From Vicugna vicugna (Eukaryota): a DNA stretch of 64,000 nt. The position numbers and the translations under genes were made by a program. Below are positions 47,681-61,270 of the stretch, piece after piece. The first letter of the stretch is position 1, and each line of letters begins with the position of its first letter. Under the pieces are notes generated by a model. That model had not been told where the DNA came from, did not search any database, and saw nothing but the letters and a program-made list of their open reading frames with translations. The stretch spans positions 62,001 through 126,000 of the forward strand of contig MU058714.1 in assembly GCA_013265495.1 (NCBI GenBank). The letters are read 5' to 3'.

Positions 47681-49507
47681 CAAGGGGCCGGCCTAGAGCA
47701 GAGCCGAAGGCAGAGCAGGCACTGACGACGGACGCCAGCCAGCGGCTCGGCCCAGGGCCCTCTGCGCCTGCTGCTCCCGGGGCCCTCCGGCTCGGCTGGG
47801 ATCCGCATCCACATTAGCTTGTAACTGCCTGTTTACAAGTCCTCTCTGCACAGGCAGTTCTTTATTACCGGCACGCAGCTTGTCCCCGACAGCCTTTAAA
47901 TCCCGAATGTCTTCTCTCTGCCACCTCTCATGTCCCCAGCCACCTCCTCCCACGCCCCGGCTCTGTGTACTCAGGGAATGCAAAACAATTTTAACATTGT
48001 TCTAAGCCAAACATAATTAGGAAGGTAAATCTGTAACAGCAGCTAAATCACGTAAAGCATTCCAAATCCGACGGAACGTCGCGAGGGGAACGGCCTGGGC
48101 TCTCGGACGCTCCAAAGCACAAAAGTGGTGGCCACACTGTCCCCTGACTGTCCCCCTCCCGTCCCCGCGCCCTCCCAGCAGCCTGCACAAGAGCAGAACT
48201 GCCTCCTGGCTTCCTGCGGCCAGCACGGAGTTCTCCATGCTGGGTGGGTACAAATAGCAGATGGATTCTTCTAGAAATGTCGGCAACCACTCACTCTGAA
48301 GGCAGCTGCTGGCCACCTGCCACGTGCCAGCACTGCGGAGACGCACGGGGCTCGGTGCTGCCCAAGAACGCCGAGCTCCGTGGGCAGGCGGGTCCACCGG
48401 CAGCTGCCCTGAGGCCTGCAGCAGTCCTCTGTGCACGCCAGACAGGGGAGGAGGGCTGCTTCTGAAACGTACTTATGTGCACGCACGTGTGTGCAGCTAC
48501 GGAGGGGCGTGGCCTCGGACCTGCTGAAAGGAAGAGTAGAATTGGGGGGCGCCAAGAGGAGGTACAGAGGCCTGATGGTGGAGGGCACCCTCAAAGTCCA
48601 GCCTCTGTCCCCTTTGGGAGCCCTGGTCCACCTGTGAAGTTCAAGTACACAGCCTCCCTCTACTGCCGGCCCCTCCCATCCAGGGCCCTGGGGCGTGGGC
48701 AGGAGAGGGGCAGGTCCTTTCTGGTGCCACTCTCTTCTGCCCTGGGGAGCAACTCTGTCAGAAACAGGGGTCCCCAGCCAGTAAAGTCTAAACTGAGATG
48801 GGGTTTTCATTTTTGTGCCTGGTCATCTGTGCCTTCAAGCCCCAGGCTGCCCTTCAGAAGCTCAGAGCGTTGGAGCCGCCCCCCAACCCCGTTTGGACTC
48901 CCGACACTGCCCCTCATGCCAATACCTCTCCCGCGGACCTCCCTGGCCTCTGGGGCTGTCGGTGGCCTGGGAAGAGGCCTGGTGTGACCTTGGTCAGTCC
49001 TGAAGGCCGCAGAGACAGGTGTCTTGACTGACAGCTGCCCAGGCGAGTATCGTTCATCCAAAGCTCTGGGGACAGGGTCACTCTGCCCGCCCCTCCTGCA
49101 GTCCCTCTTTTTGCAGAATCATTTAGAGACGATTAAATAAATAATGAGCCAGGGAGGCAGCTCCGGAGCCGGAAAGCCCACGGCACCGCTGAGCTGAAGC
49201 GGCTGATCGTTGTCGCCCTGTCACGCAGCCCCGCACCACGCTCCGGGGCCACAGAGGGAGGGCAGGCCAGCGTGAGGAGACCCCTTCCCAAACACCAGGT
49301 TCCCCAAACACGTCCACCTGCCGCAGGCATCGCGTCGCGTCCCCTGAAACCTGCGCCTCCAGGCACAGGGCTCTCCAGAAGGCGTTTGGCCTGCTTGCCT
49401 GGTCCTTTGGGGACCTGGGAAACCACATGTTCCAGTGCCCAGCACACCCATCCTTCTGCACTGAGCAGCCTTGGGGAGACATCTGCGCACACATGCACAC
49501 ATGCACA

Positions 49508-49509
<2 letters not shown>

Positions 49510-49537
<28 letters not shown>
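49510..49537. repeat. (CA)14 microsatellite, preceded by CACATG units
   Basis: Seen directly. Confidence 0.95.
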
Positions 49538-49538
<1 letters not shown>

Positions 49539-50937
49539 GCACACAGGGCTCCACAGGGAACTTCACGTTTAAAAACGAAGCAACCTGCTTCTGGGCTGCT
49601 GGACAAGGTATGTCTGTGGGGCTCCCACTGGGGCAGCCCCCGAGAATGGGTCCAAACCTGCAGGCCCAGCAGGCCTGCAAGCACTGGGTTTGCTGTCCTA
49701 TCTCATTCTTCCCGTTTCTTCAGCTCCAACTGGCTTCTCCACAAAATAAAATTATTTAATAAGATCCCCACTCTCCCTCCCCAGTTTTTCACAGAAGGGT
49801 CTAGAAGGATTTGGAAGCGCTCCATCCCCCCTCCTCTCCAAGATCAAATGATGAGCTGCCGCCCCTACGCGTGGCCGAGGCAATGCTTCCCCAGCTCTGA
49901 ATGCTAATCACGTTCTCCTGGGTCTCCGGAAACAGCTGGGAAACCGCCCCACTCGCACATCCAAACATCCGCACAGCCAGGCTGCACAGATGGGGGTCCT
50001 CGCCTGTCTGAGACCCTCCTGCTCCCTGAGTCTGGCCGGGACCACCAGGGGCAGGGCGGGGGGCTGCCCCTTCTCCCTCCAATCAGATTCTGAGTCAGAC
50101 GCTGTCATCCATCCTTGGGCACTCACCTCTTGTTCCTCTTTCCCTTCCGCCTCTACTGTCACCTAGAAGGGAGGGGCCTGGGGAGGCAGGGAGCACAGGG
50201 CAGAGCCGGGGCGGAAGGCAGGGGTAGGGGGAGTCTGGGAGGCACTGCCCGGAACTCGCCCACAGCACTAAGAGGGAATGAATTCGAGTGTGGCGTCCCT
50301 GCTGCCCAGCATTTTGGGGTGTGGGTCGGGGGGCAAGGAGCTGGGGAAATCTCCCCCTCCTCCCCAGACCGCTGGCTTCTTTACAGACGCCCAAGTTCTG
50401 ATGATTTTAATTTTACGGTTCACATTTCCTCCCAGCAGAATGCTGGGATGACAAGGTAGAAAGTCTGCCTTGATTAACTGTCCCTCTGGTGCTGAGGCAG
50501 GGCCTGGCGTGATGAACAGCAGGAGTAAAACCGAGAGAGGCGTGAGGCCGGTGATCCAGGCCTGGCTGTAAATCCTGGCTCTGATGGGGCCCGAGATGAG
50601 CTGGTTATTTTATGGAGGAGCTCGGCTGGAAGCAGCAGCACACAGAGCCTGCGGGCCTCCCCGAGGCGCCCCGCCCTCACTGGCCCCGGCCCCCTCCCCG
50701 CTCCTGGCTCCCACGCCATGGATGTGGTTTAAGTAAGATAGAGTGGAATCGCTCTATTGTGCCATTGATTTTTAATAAAAGCAGGTAACATGCTGCAAAT
50801 CTGGCACTTATTTCATTTCTCCTCTCCTCTGCCCAGATGTCCAGTAACTTCCCCCAAGGGCTCCGTCCAATGGGCGGGGGTGAGGACTGTCGCCTGGCAG
50901 GGGACAGGCCCGGGCTGGAGAGGCTTCTCTTCCCCCT

Positions 50938-51113
50938 TCACACAAGCACACAGGGCACAAATGTGCACATGTACTCATGCATGAACACATGTGTGCATGT
51001 CAGTCCTTGCGCACACATGCCCACACACACGCACTCCGTACAGTGCATGCACACACACGCGTGTGCGCAGACACACGTGCACACGCCCGCACATGCGCAT
51101 GTAGGCACACATA
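50938..51113. repeat. CA-rich degenerate simple repeat
   Basis: Seen directly. Confidence 0.85.
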
Positions 51114-52317
51114 CCTGACTCGCCAGTAAGGAGGGAGAAACAGCCTGAGCTCTCCTCCCGACCCAACTCTTTAGTCTCTGGTGACCTTGAGCCTGACATG
51201 AATAAGCTGAATGTTCCAGGAGTGGAAGATGGCAGCGGGGTATGTGTGTGAGGTCAAAGGGAAGGGCTCAGAGGAACGGGGCGTGGGCTCCCGTGAGGTC
51301 CCCAGGAGCTTGAGCCTTGCACCCCAGGACGGGGGTCCTCGCGGGTCCCTGGATGAACCTGGACGGCAGAGACACCCCCCACCGCCGGCCACACACCAGC
51401 ATCCGCCACGCGCCACGCGCCCGGCCTCCGGGGTCGGTCTCCATCAGTTTTGCCGGAATCACTGAGCGGAGCTGAAGCTCTGCCTCACTCGCGGCTGGAG
51501 CGGTGCGTGCCACTTGCCTGTCCCCATGAGCTCACAGCGTGCCCTGGGCTGTCGGCGCAGCAGAGAGCTGAGGCTGGGCCTCGCACGGCCGGGTGGTTCT
51601 AACCTCTCAGCGTTTTCACTAGGGGTGTGTCCCTTGGGTGGCACATTTCCTGTCCCCTGACTTTGGAGAGGACGGTGCCGTTGTCCCCATCTCATAAACA
51701 AGGGGCTGAGGGGTGGGGACTTGCTCAGGGCAGGCCCGGCTTCCTGTCTGCACTCCCAGCCACACCTGGAGTTGTCCATCTGGGCTCCCCTAGTCCGGGG
51801 TCAGAGCGGAAAGCTCTGTGACCCCCTCACCCACTTCTCCCAGGGCAGCTCCTCCTCCCTTGTCATTAAGGGCTCCCCAGCAGACGTCACTTTAACCACG
51901 GAGTCTGCAGCTGACTCATGTCTGACCCCTGGACGAATGTTCCCCATACACCCCAGCCCTGACAGCACAGCCGGAGGCTGACCTCTGCCTGCTGCGCAGG
52001 CCCCCCCAGCACTCTTCCCCTTGGACCCCAACCCCCTGGGGTCCTGGACAACGGGGGCAGGCCCAGCTCCGCCTCTGCCGTCAGCGTCTGAATCCTCGCT
52101 TCCATTCACGGCCTTCCTTCAGGCAACGGCTTCCTCCCTCAGAAGCCTCCTGCTCTCCCATCACCCCCGAAAAGGGCCTGAAAACTTCACTCAGGCCCAG
52201 CTCCGGCAAGGGAAGCTGAGACAAGACACCGGGTGTCCACAGCGGCCACAGCTGGGCAAAGGCTGGGGCTGGACCAAACGGTGGCCCCAGATACTGCGGA
52301 GTGTGTGAAATGTATAA

Positions 52318-52710
52318 AGAGCATTTTCACCACCCACAAAGAAACCCTGTGCCTATTAATAGTCCCTCCCCACGCCCCCGCCCCCCAGTGCCCGGCAACC
52401 ACGACCTGCTTTCTGTCTCTAGGATCTGCCTGCTCTGAACACCTCATATCAGTGGCGTTTCATGACCGGCTTCTCTCACTGAGCGTCGCGTTTCAAGGCT
52501 CATCCGTGCAGCACTGTGTCAGGTGCAGGGAATTCACTGCTCTTTATGGCTGAATAATATTCCGCAGGACCCAGATGTTGAATTGGGTCGACCTGGTCAT
52601 CTGGTGATGGACACGGGGCTGTCTGAACGTTCTGGTGACTGTGAACAGCGCTGCTAGGAAGGTGAGTGTGCGTGGTGATTTTATTGGTCTTGGCTCTATT
52701 AGGGAGCACA
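52318..52710 (-). mobile_element. L1MB-like 3' end
   Basis: CATTTTCACCACCCACAAAGAAACCCTGTGCC...GGCAACCACGACCTGCTTTCTGTCTCTA...TTTATGGCTGAATAATATTCC...TGATGGACAC. Confidence 0.85.
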
Positions 52711-53112
52711 TTTTCTTATAAAGAAGTCCCACTGCCCAGAGGCAGAGCCGAATGAAGCTCAGGACCTGGGAGCAAAGGATTCAGAATGAATTTTCTAAAC
52801 GGAAGCGTCCTAGGAGGAGGATGGATGGGCCCTGGCGCCCAGCGCGCACAGACTCATTTCTCTGTTAAACCTCACCCACATGCCTGGGAGGGCCGCCCCC
52901 ACCTCGGCGCATGGCGGAGGCGCTCCCAGCGTTCCACATGGCTGACAGCCTCCCAACAGGGCCGCCTCTCCCACCCCCGCCTCCTCGAGACTCCCTTCCC
53001 ACCTGCACACACCCGGCCCACCCGGTGTGTCCCCTGCACCGCCCATCACACCTCAGTGGACGCCCAGTCTGTGTCCCGACAAAGCCCAGGAGGCAGGTCT
53101 GAACGTCACCCA

Positions 53113-53320
53113 CGTGTGGTGCGCCCTGGGCCTGGTTTTGCCCCTGAGATGCTTGGCGTTGCCTGGAGACATCTCTGGTGGTCACGAGGAGGGGACGCTA
53201 CTGACACCCACGGGATGAGAAGCCAGGGCGCAGCTAAACAGCCTGCAGCTCCCAGGACAGGCCCGCAAGTGAAGACCCGCCAGCTCCAAGTGTCAGAAGC
53301 AACTGGGTTTAGAAAACCTG
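53113..53320 (+). mobile_element. MER20 hAT-Charlie element
   Basis: TTTTGCCCC...CTGGAGACATCTCTGGTGGTCAC...GCTACTGAC...GCCAGGG...GCTAAACA...CAGGACAG...TGTCA...AGAAAACCTG. Confidence 0.8.
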
Positions 53321-54374
53321 CCCCGGAGGTGACGACGCCTGCGAGGCCCTGAGTGCCTCAGCCGCCTGGCCAGCCCAGCCGAGCGCCCCCTCGCCCCCTC
53401 AGGAGCCTGCAGGGCCAAGATGCTGCTGCCCCCGCTGCTCCCGGCACTGCAGGGACACCGATGTCCACACGCCCGGGAAGTTCCAGAGGCCCCTCTCCCA
53501 GCTCCAAGCTCAGCACAGGCCTCCCTGCTCCACCTCCAGGCAGCAGGGTGGCAGACCCCTGGTCAGGAGCCGCGGGGACAGGAGCAGAGAGCCGGTGCCG
53601 TGCTGCCGGGTCCCACCCAGACTCCCTGCACCCACGGGTATGAGGGCAGGGCCACCGTGGCCCGGGCCTCCCCGTCATCGCCTTCCCCCCTTCCTCTCTT
53701 GCCGGCTGTCAGAACAAGCCTGGAAGCTCCGTCACTGCCCCCTGCGTGTGCGGCAAGCATGTGAATCCGTTAGCAGTAAACACTTAGAGCAGCTCAATTT
53801 CTGTAACCTGCCTGCAACACGTCACCTCTTTTCAATCCATCAGAGCCTCTGTAAGTGGATGCAGCTCTGGCCCCAGTCAGCTTCTGAGAGGCCCCTGAGC
53901 AAATCTCAGGGCTCGAGCTCGGAGCCACAGGGAAATTAAACTCACAGCCCATCCCACGGCCTCCACAAAAGTCCTGCAAACGGCCTCCCCCTGCCCCACT
54001 GGCGGCCAGCACCTTCAACCCTCCCAGCTGCGGGGGAAGGCAGGCACTGACACGCACCCCCTTTTACAGAAGGACCCACTGGGGTGCTGCCCAGAATCAG
54101 CAGGGGTGAAGGGCTCAAACTCATGACTGTGTGCCCCGAGCACGGCTCAGCCGCTGTCCTGGCCCCCACTTCTAACGGATTTTGCTGCCGGCGGAGGGGA
54201 AGCCACGGAGGGTTCCTGTACCCTGTTGGGTTCTGTGCCGCCCACTGCTCGGCAAAGCCCCGGCAGCCAGGCCGGGGGCCAGCCAGGATGGGCCCTATCT
54301 GAGAAGAGGGGGTGGGAGTGAGGAAGGTGGGGACACAACTGGGGCCAAGGAACTGAAACTGAAACCTGGGGCAC

Positions 54375-54831
54375 TGCCATAGGTTGAATTCAGTGTCCCC
54401 CAAAAGGATATGTCCAAGTGCTACCCCTGGACTCTGAGACGTGACCTCAGTTTGGAATAAGGGTCTTGGCAGATATATTTAAGATGTATCTAAGGCAAGG
54501 ACCTCGAGATAAACTCATCCTGGATTAGGGTTGGCCCAACGTCCAATGACCAGTGTCTTCATAAAGAACAGAAGAGGAGGGAGACGCATACAGAGGGTCA
54601 GATGATGACAGAGGCAGAGACTGGAGTGACGCGGCCACAAGCCAAGGATGCCGGGGTCTCCAAAAGCTGGGAGAGGCGGGAAGGGTCCTCCCCCAGAGCC
54701 TTCAGAGGGAGAACAGCCCTGCCCACACCTTGATCTCAAACCCACAGCTTCCAGGACTGTGAGAGAACACGTTCTGTGGTTTTAAGCCCCCGGTTTGTGA
54801 TCATTGTTACGGTGGCCCCAGGACCCTTACA
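54375..54831 (+). mobile_element. MLT1C-like full solo LTR
   Basis: TG...GGTTGAATTCAGTGTCCCCCAAAAGGATATGTCCAAGT...CATCCTGGATTAGGGT...GAGGCAGAGACTGGAGTGACGCGGCCACAAGCCAAGGA...TTTTAAGCC...TACA. Confidence 0.92.
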
Positions 54832-57514
54832 CGGACACGGTCAAAGAATGGGGTGAAGGGCTTTCACTCAAAGCAGTTCCCAGGGCAGGGCCAGAGCCAG
54901 GAACCGGGCCTTGTCACAAGCTGGGAGGTAGGCTGGCCCACTCTCCCTGGCTGGTCGGCAGCCCCTGCGTACGGGAGAGCAGGCAGCAAGCCGCCCTCAC
55001 GGAAGCTCCGGATGGGGGAGAACGCCTGCATTATAGGGGGAATCTGGCACGGGCTGGCGCTCCGGGCGTTGGCAGAGTTGTTTTGCCACCTCACTCCTCC
55101 CACGGTCACCCTCACATCCTCCAGCCGTAGCCCCTGGGTGGAGGCTGCTCTGCTGGACGGCAGGGCTGGGTGCCCTCTCCCGGCTTTCCCTGGGGTCCCT
55201 CCCCAGTGGGGAGGGGGAGAGCAACGGAACCTCCCACACCGGCTCCACACTGGGAGGAAGGGGAGGAGGCCCAGGATCAGTTTCTGGCACTGTGTTCCCT
55301 TTGGTTTCCATGAAGAAAAGGAGCATTTAATTACAGTGGGAGCGGAACAGAACATAACCCGGAGATGGCTGTGGGGACCTGTCACTCACCTCCTCTCCCC
55401 TTCCTCTCTTCCTCCTTCCTCCACCCCATCCTTCCTCCCCCAGCCCACATCCAGCCCCACCCCTCATCCAATCACCAGTGACACTCAACCTCCATCAAGG
55501 TGAGTCAGCAAGAATTCCCCGAGCCCTCCCCCGACTCCACCCTCCCCCGACTCCACCCGAGTCACTCCAGCACAATTTATCCAACAAAAACCATGGTGAA
55601 GACTCCGACATCCTCCGCCCAGAGATAGTTCAGCATTTTGCATAACTGCCACTTAAGATCAGTTTCCGTCATTCATTTGTGGGTGAAGGTGCCTACGTGC
55701 CAATCGGCAACCTGCCTGCACAAACACACACCCTGCGGATCTGGCCGCCTGTTGACCCTGTGGAGCATCTTCCTGGGTGGCCATCGCCTTTCGGACTCTG
55801 GGTGGGCAGTGGCCCAGCGTCACGGCCGCATGCCCCACGTGTGCACACGCAGCCTCACACGCGGGCACAGACACAGCCGTGTGGCTGTCAGGAGTGCACT
55901 CGAGGGTTCAAGTCCTGATGGGCTGCACCATCCCCATCACTGTTCAGCAGGGTCAGAACATTTCCACCATCCAGCCCCCCGCTTGTTAATTAATCACTCA
56001 TTAGGCTAATCGCAGCTATCTCGTCTCCCACCGGGGGGCCGATGTTAGCACAGTGGAATGCCAAACCCAGAATGCAACTCATGGAGCTCCAGGAAGACAG
56101 ATCGAGAGGAAGTGAAATGATGGGAGGTTCCTAAAACCCAGGCGGGCACCCACAAGACGGAAGTCATGTGGGTGAAGGGGCCCTGGGAACGGGAGCACCC
56201 AGAGCCGGGGAGTCAGAGCTGCCGGTGGTGGGGAGCCCTGGCAAGCCCCCTACCCACCCTCCTGACTTGCCCACTTCAATCCTAATCAGCTGCCATCTCA
56301 GGATGTGACCTGAGGCCTGGGCCGGGAACAAGAGTGACCCTGGGTACAGGAAGGGTGAGATGGGAGAGCCCCCGGGGGCTGGGGGAGCATCTCTCTCCAA
56401 ACAGGAAGAAGCCGGTCCTAGAGAAGAACGCAGATTCGCCTGTTGGAGCCCAAGCAGGATGTGGGTCCTGGGCGGGGACTCCAGGCGAATGCCTCACCCC
56501 CAGCTTCCTTGCATTTGGAATTCCAGGTTCATCCAAATCTACGGGGAAGAGGTCAGGGAAAAATGACGAGCCACTCGCCACGACCTGGGCACAATGTTAG
56601 GAAGAAAAGGACCCTTTTCCAAACACAGAGTGGCAGCGCTTTAGGGACGCTCACTAGGGAAACAGCCTCGGACAAGGCGATGTTTTTATGTCACCAAGAC
56701 TAGTCCCAAATGCTTATGTCCAAAAAGACAGCTCCTAAGAGAGGAGAGCAAGCAAAACCCTTGCTCAGGAAACAAATTCAAGAAGTAAAACCTACTTTTA
56801 CAGAAGCACAAACCGGGCTCTGCTAAATGAGGGCCGGCAGCCGCCAATCAGAAGCTGGCGTGGCGTCTTCCGCGAAGAGCACCGACGCTCCCCCCGCCCC
56901 CGCCCAGCACTGGGAGCCCCAGTCGCTCACCCAAAGCCCCGCTTCTCCCCAGAAGTTTCCATCCACAGACATGCTAAACCCTCGCTGCCGCCTGCCTCGC
57001 TTCATCAGGACTATTTGCTACCGAAACGCTCAGTTATTAGGGACGTAATGATGGTTGGGTGTACCATTTGCAAGAAATTAAATCTGAACACCTGGGTAGT
57101 AAATGAGAGAAAAAGATATTAGGAAATTTGGGTTTACGTGCTTATGCTAATTTATTCGGCTCAGCCGAGCATGTCAGCCCTGAACCCTGGGGAACGTCAG
57201 TGTGGGTGACAATCGCAGGCGGGGGCGGGCCCGGGAGAAGCTGCCACGTTGCTGTGCTCTGAGGCCAGAGGACAAGCACGCCAGCCTCGAAGAAGCATGG
57301 TCTTGGGGACGGGAAGGAGCCAGGAAATGTGCATTCAGATCCTCCCAGGAGACCAACCTGCCCACCGTGGACTGCAGCTCACCCTTTCAACCGAATCACG
57401 GGGCCAGACGTGCCCTTGGACCAAATCAGCAAGAGAGAAACCATCCGCTGTCCGCGGGGGACCCTGAGGGCCACTGTGCGAGTCACATCGGGTCAAGGGG
57501 CGTCTGCAGGGTGC

Positions 57515-57700
57515 GGGTGCTTAGTGGCTGAGGGACCCTGGCCAAGCTACTTGATCTCAAACCTTCCTTTCCATCATCTGAAAACTGGTGACGAGAGTGA
57601 CACCCGTGCCATCAGGCTGTCAGGAGGACTAAATGACAGTGCGCCACCGTGCAAACCTGGGTGCGACGCCTGACGCACGAGGGCTTAAAGAACGTGCTGA
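57515..57700 (+). mobile_element. MIR
   Basis: GACCCTGGCCAAGCTACTTGATCTC...TTTCCATCATCTGAAAACTGGTGA...GGCTGTCAGGAGGACTAAATGA. Confidence 0.7.
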
Positions 57701-60700
57701 GTGTGGGTGGGCGAGGGGGGGTTCTGCCTGGGCCCTCGCCGAGGAGGGCACCATGGTCAGGGGCAAGGAGTGGGGAGGGTCTGTGCGGGCAGCTGCAGTG
57801 GGAAGGGAGCCGCCTGGAGAGACCTGGCAGGCAGGGTCCAGCCAGCTGTGGTCACCCAGCCGCGCGTCAGCACACACGGCTGCTCCAAAACAGACACGGG
57901 TCCGAGCAGGGCCAGGGCACTGTCTGCTTAGGGGAGCTGTTCCCTTGTCCCTCACGGCACCTGGGCCACATCCGCCAAGTCCACCCAAGAGGTTGCAGCT
58001 TTGAGCAAACTGCTCCGTCCCCGAGTGTCAGCTGCGCGTCTGTGCAGTGGGGCGACGATCAGACCTGCAGCGTGGGGCCGCTGTGAGGCTCCAGCGAGCG
58101 AGTCTCAGCAGCAGGCCCCGCCCGCGCTCGGGGCAGTGTCACTCACTAATGTTACAGGAAGTTAGTGTGAAAAGCTAGCTGTGTGGTGCTGGAGCCCAGA
58201 AGGTGGACTGGCCTTGGCCAGGCCCCGGCCTGCTGCCCGTGCACCAAGTCACAGTGATGCCCGGAGAGCAGATCATGAACGGGGCATCCTGGGGGCCGCC
58301 GCCTCAGCTCGCCGTGACAGGGTGAGCGTGGGGTCTGGAGGCCCCCTGAGCAGGGCCACTCCCTGAGTCCAGCCGGCCGCGCTGACAGGGAAGGGTGCCC
58401 TCCCACCGGGGGATAGTGCGCAGGAAGTCAGGGAGGCGGGATATTGAAACTAGCTCGGCGACAACACGGACAGTTGGAAGATGGCCGGCCACGGCTCCTT
58501 GAAGCTGGGAGCCTGAGTCTGTGCTGAGGTCACAGAGAGAAGCTGAGCCTGCAGATGTGTGCAGGCCCGTGCAGGTGCGGGCAGGGGTGCGGACGTGTGT
58601 GGGCAGCTTCATGAGTGGCTGTGACGGGGGACCCTGGCTGACAGAGAACAGGAAAGAGGGACCGACTCAGCTCCCAGGGGCGCGGTTCCACCGTCCCGAG
58701 GGCCTGAGGCAGACAGCAGGCGTGTGCCCTGATCATGGGTGTAGCCTCCACCACCCAGGAGGGTGCTTCTCACGGGCCCGCACCCAGCCCAGGGTGGGCA
58801 CAGCAGCCTCTGCCCTCCCCCAGCACCCCAGCATCACCTTTACACCTCTCAGCCCACATGTGCCCTCTGACCCTCTCATCCTTGTTCTCCTAGGGTCATC
58901 CTCACCCCAGGCTGAGATCCATTCACCCCAAGCCAGGATCGGAGGCAAAGAGACCAGTTAGGAACTTGATGCAGTGTCCCGATGCCCAGGGGTCCAGGTG
59001 TCCGGGGAGAGGTACCAGGCTTGACCGAGGGCTGGTTCCTACCCCCCGGGGACGAGTGGCACTGTTGGGCTGTCATGAGTGCAAGCAGCTGTGCCCACCT
59101 GAACGGCCTAGTCTGAGTCCCCACTGCACTTCACAGACGCAAGCCATGGACACCTCCATCGCCACGCCCTTCACTACCTGGGTCCAGCCACACCCTGGCT
59201 GGTCCCCTCCCTGTCCACATCACAGCCTCTCAGTCTCTTCAACAAACAGGCTCTTGGCTTGTGAAGTCTTGGCACAGGTTGTTCCTACAGCCTGAACTAC
59301 CCACCCCCGCACACCCTCCCCAGCCACTCGGCTTGGGACCCTTTTCTAAATGCTCCTCCCTGAGCTGTCTTCGGAGACAACACCCTGTCTCTTTCCTTTA
59401 GGGCCCTCACAACAGCTTGTAACCATGTGTGTGGGAGCAACCCAGGCAGAGCTACAGGTGCTGGACACAGACGGAACTGATGTCAACGACAAGGTGAGAG
59501 GACCGACGGCAGATGACCCCGGCATGGACCCCTTGTTTGTGGCCGCCCTCCTCACCAGGTTATCAGCCCCCCAGGGACACTCCTGCTTGCTGTCTGCTGC
59601 CCTGGGCACCGGCCCCAGCTCGTGCCTGGCACACGTTGGGCCCTGGTTGTGCTTTCCGAGCAGACAGGTGGGTGAGACCCACAGAGCTCGCGCGGCAGTG
59701 GGGAAAGGTCTCCAGTGGAGGCAGAGGCGATGCGGGACAGCTTTCACCTGCATGGCGCGTGGGGGCTCAGTACCAGGGCCACCCCGTGCGGAGTGTCCAG
59801 GGGGAGGGGGTGTCTTATTATGGCTCGTGAGCAGGGGACGGCCTTCCTAATCCCTGCAAATGTCACCGACTTCCGGGGATCTGTGAGATCACCCACCCAA
59901 GGCACGTGGCCGGTAACTCCCTGTGACGTGCCTTGGTGTCTGTTTCAACATGTCCACCGGCTCTTCCTGGGAAGGCGGCCCCGTAGGTCACTGGCACCTA
60001 CACTACCCACGGCCCGTGGGGTCTCCCTATCTGGGGAGAGTCAGAGGGTCCCCTCGCCTCAGACTGCAGCAGTGCCCGGAGGCAGAACACCGTCTCTGCT
60101 CCCCACAAGGTGCCCTCCCCTCCCTCATCTCCCACGTGCCTCGCCTCTGCAGCCCCCAGACCTGGCCAGCTCCCCCTCCCATTGGCTCCTCCACAGCCCA
60201 TGCCTGAGATTCGGGCCCTCGGGCCCCTGTCAGCGCAGTGCGCAGGCCCAGCCACCTCACGGGGCTCTTGGGGACAGTGGTGTCACCTCCACGGAGCCCG
60301 GCGTTCTGAGGCCGGCTGTGGAAGTGGGAAAGGGCTAGCGTTCTTCCTCCAGTTTACTTCAGGGAGCGGGGGCGGCTGGAAGAGGAGCAGCTGTGCTGGG
60401 CACTGGGACCCTGCCCGCCCCCACCCGCGCTGCCAGGCTCCGCGTTTCTCCAGGAAGCGGGGAGTGCTGGGGACCGCAGTGTGGTCAGGGCTCAGAGGGG
60501 GTGATGGCGTGGGCAGCGCCCCACCCGGAGAGGAGGGAATCCCGAGGAGCAGACGGTGCTCTTGGCAGGAGGACACCAGGGGAGGGGTGGGCTTCCTGTG
60601 TTCCCGGCGGGGCCATGGCCACTGCCCCACCCCCCACGAAGCCTGGTGACTTCCAGACTCCCTTCTCAGCGGCCACATTCCTAAAGCCTCAGAATAAGCC

Positions 60701-60899
60701 TTCTCAACACACGGCAGGTATCGAGACACCTGTTCTTTGAAGGTGGGACGTGGAGGTTGCGGTCGAGGATGGGCTGGGGGGAGGAGGGGGTTTAACGGTG
60801 AAAGTTACAGGACTTGAGGTCATGGTTTTATTTCCTCGTTCAACTAACACGTTGCCAGAGCCAGAAAACCTCCCTCAAAGAGCTGGTCTTTCGCAGCAG

Positions 60900-61270
60900 C
60901 AGACAATGGATAAACACAACGTGGTCCGTCCACCCAGTGGCACAGCATTCAGTCACCAAGAGGAGTGAAGTACTGGCCTGCGCTGCCAAAGGCCAGACTT
61001 AACTCCATCTACATGGAGCTTCCAGAATCGGCAAATCTCTGGACACAGGAAGTGGATCACTGTTTGCCAGGGCTGAGCGAGGGGGACGGGGAGTGGCTGC
61101 CGACGGGTGCCAGGCTTCTCCTTGGGGGGTGAAAAGGTTCTGAAACAAGACAGGCGGGGAGGGGGGAGCGTGACACTGTGGATGCACTCAGTGCCACTGA
61201 ATTGTAAACTCTGAAATAATTAATACTTAAGTTCATGTTGAGTAAATTTTAACTCAATTTTGTAAAAAAT
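60900..61270 (+). mobile_element. L1MB-like 3' end with A-rich terminus
   Basis: AATGGATAAACACAACGTGGT...GAAGTACTG...TCCAGAATCGGCAAATC...TTGCCAGGG...GGTGAAAAGGTTCTGAAAC...GCCACTGAATTGTAAAC...ATTTTAACTCAAT. Confidence 0.88.

Noticed and set aside
50478..50496. RE1 half-sites on the minus strand (TCAGCACC-AGAG-GGACAG)
   Set aside because: The 4-bp spacer is not the canonical RE1 spacing.
55524..55555. 16-bp tandem duplication (also a 10-bp one near 31936)
   Set aside because: Ordinary slippage-type micro-duplication.
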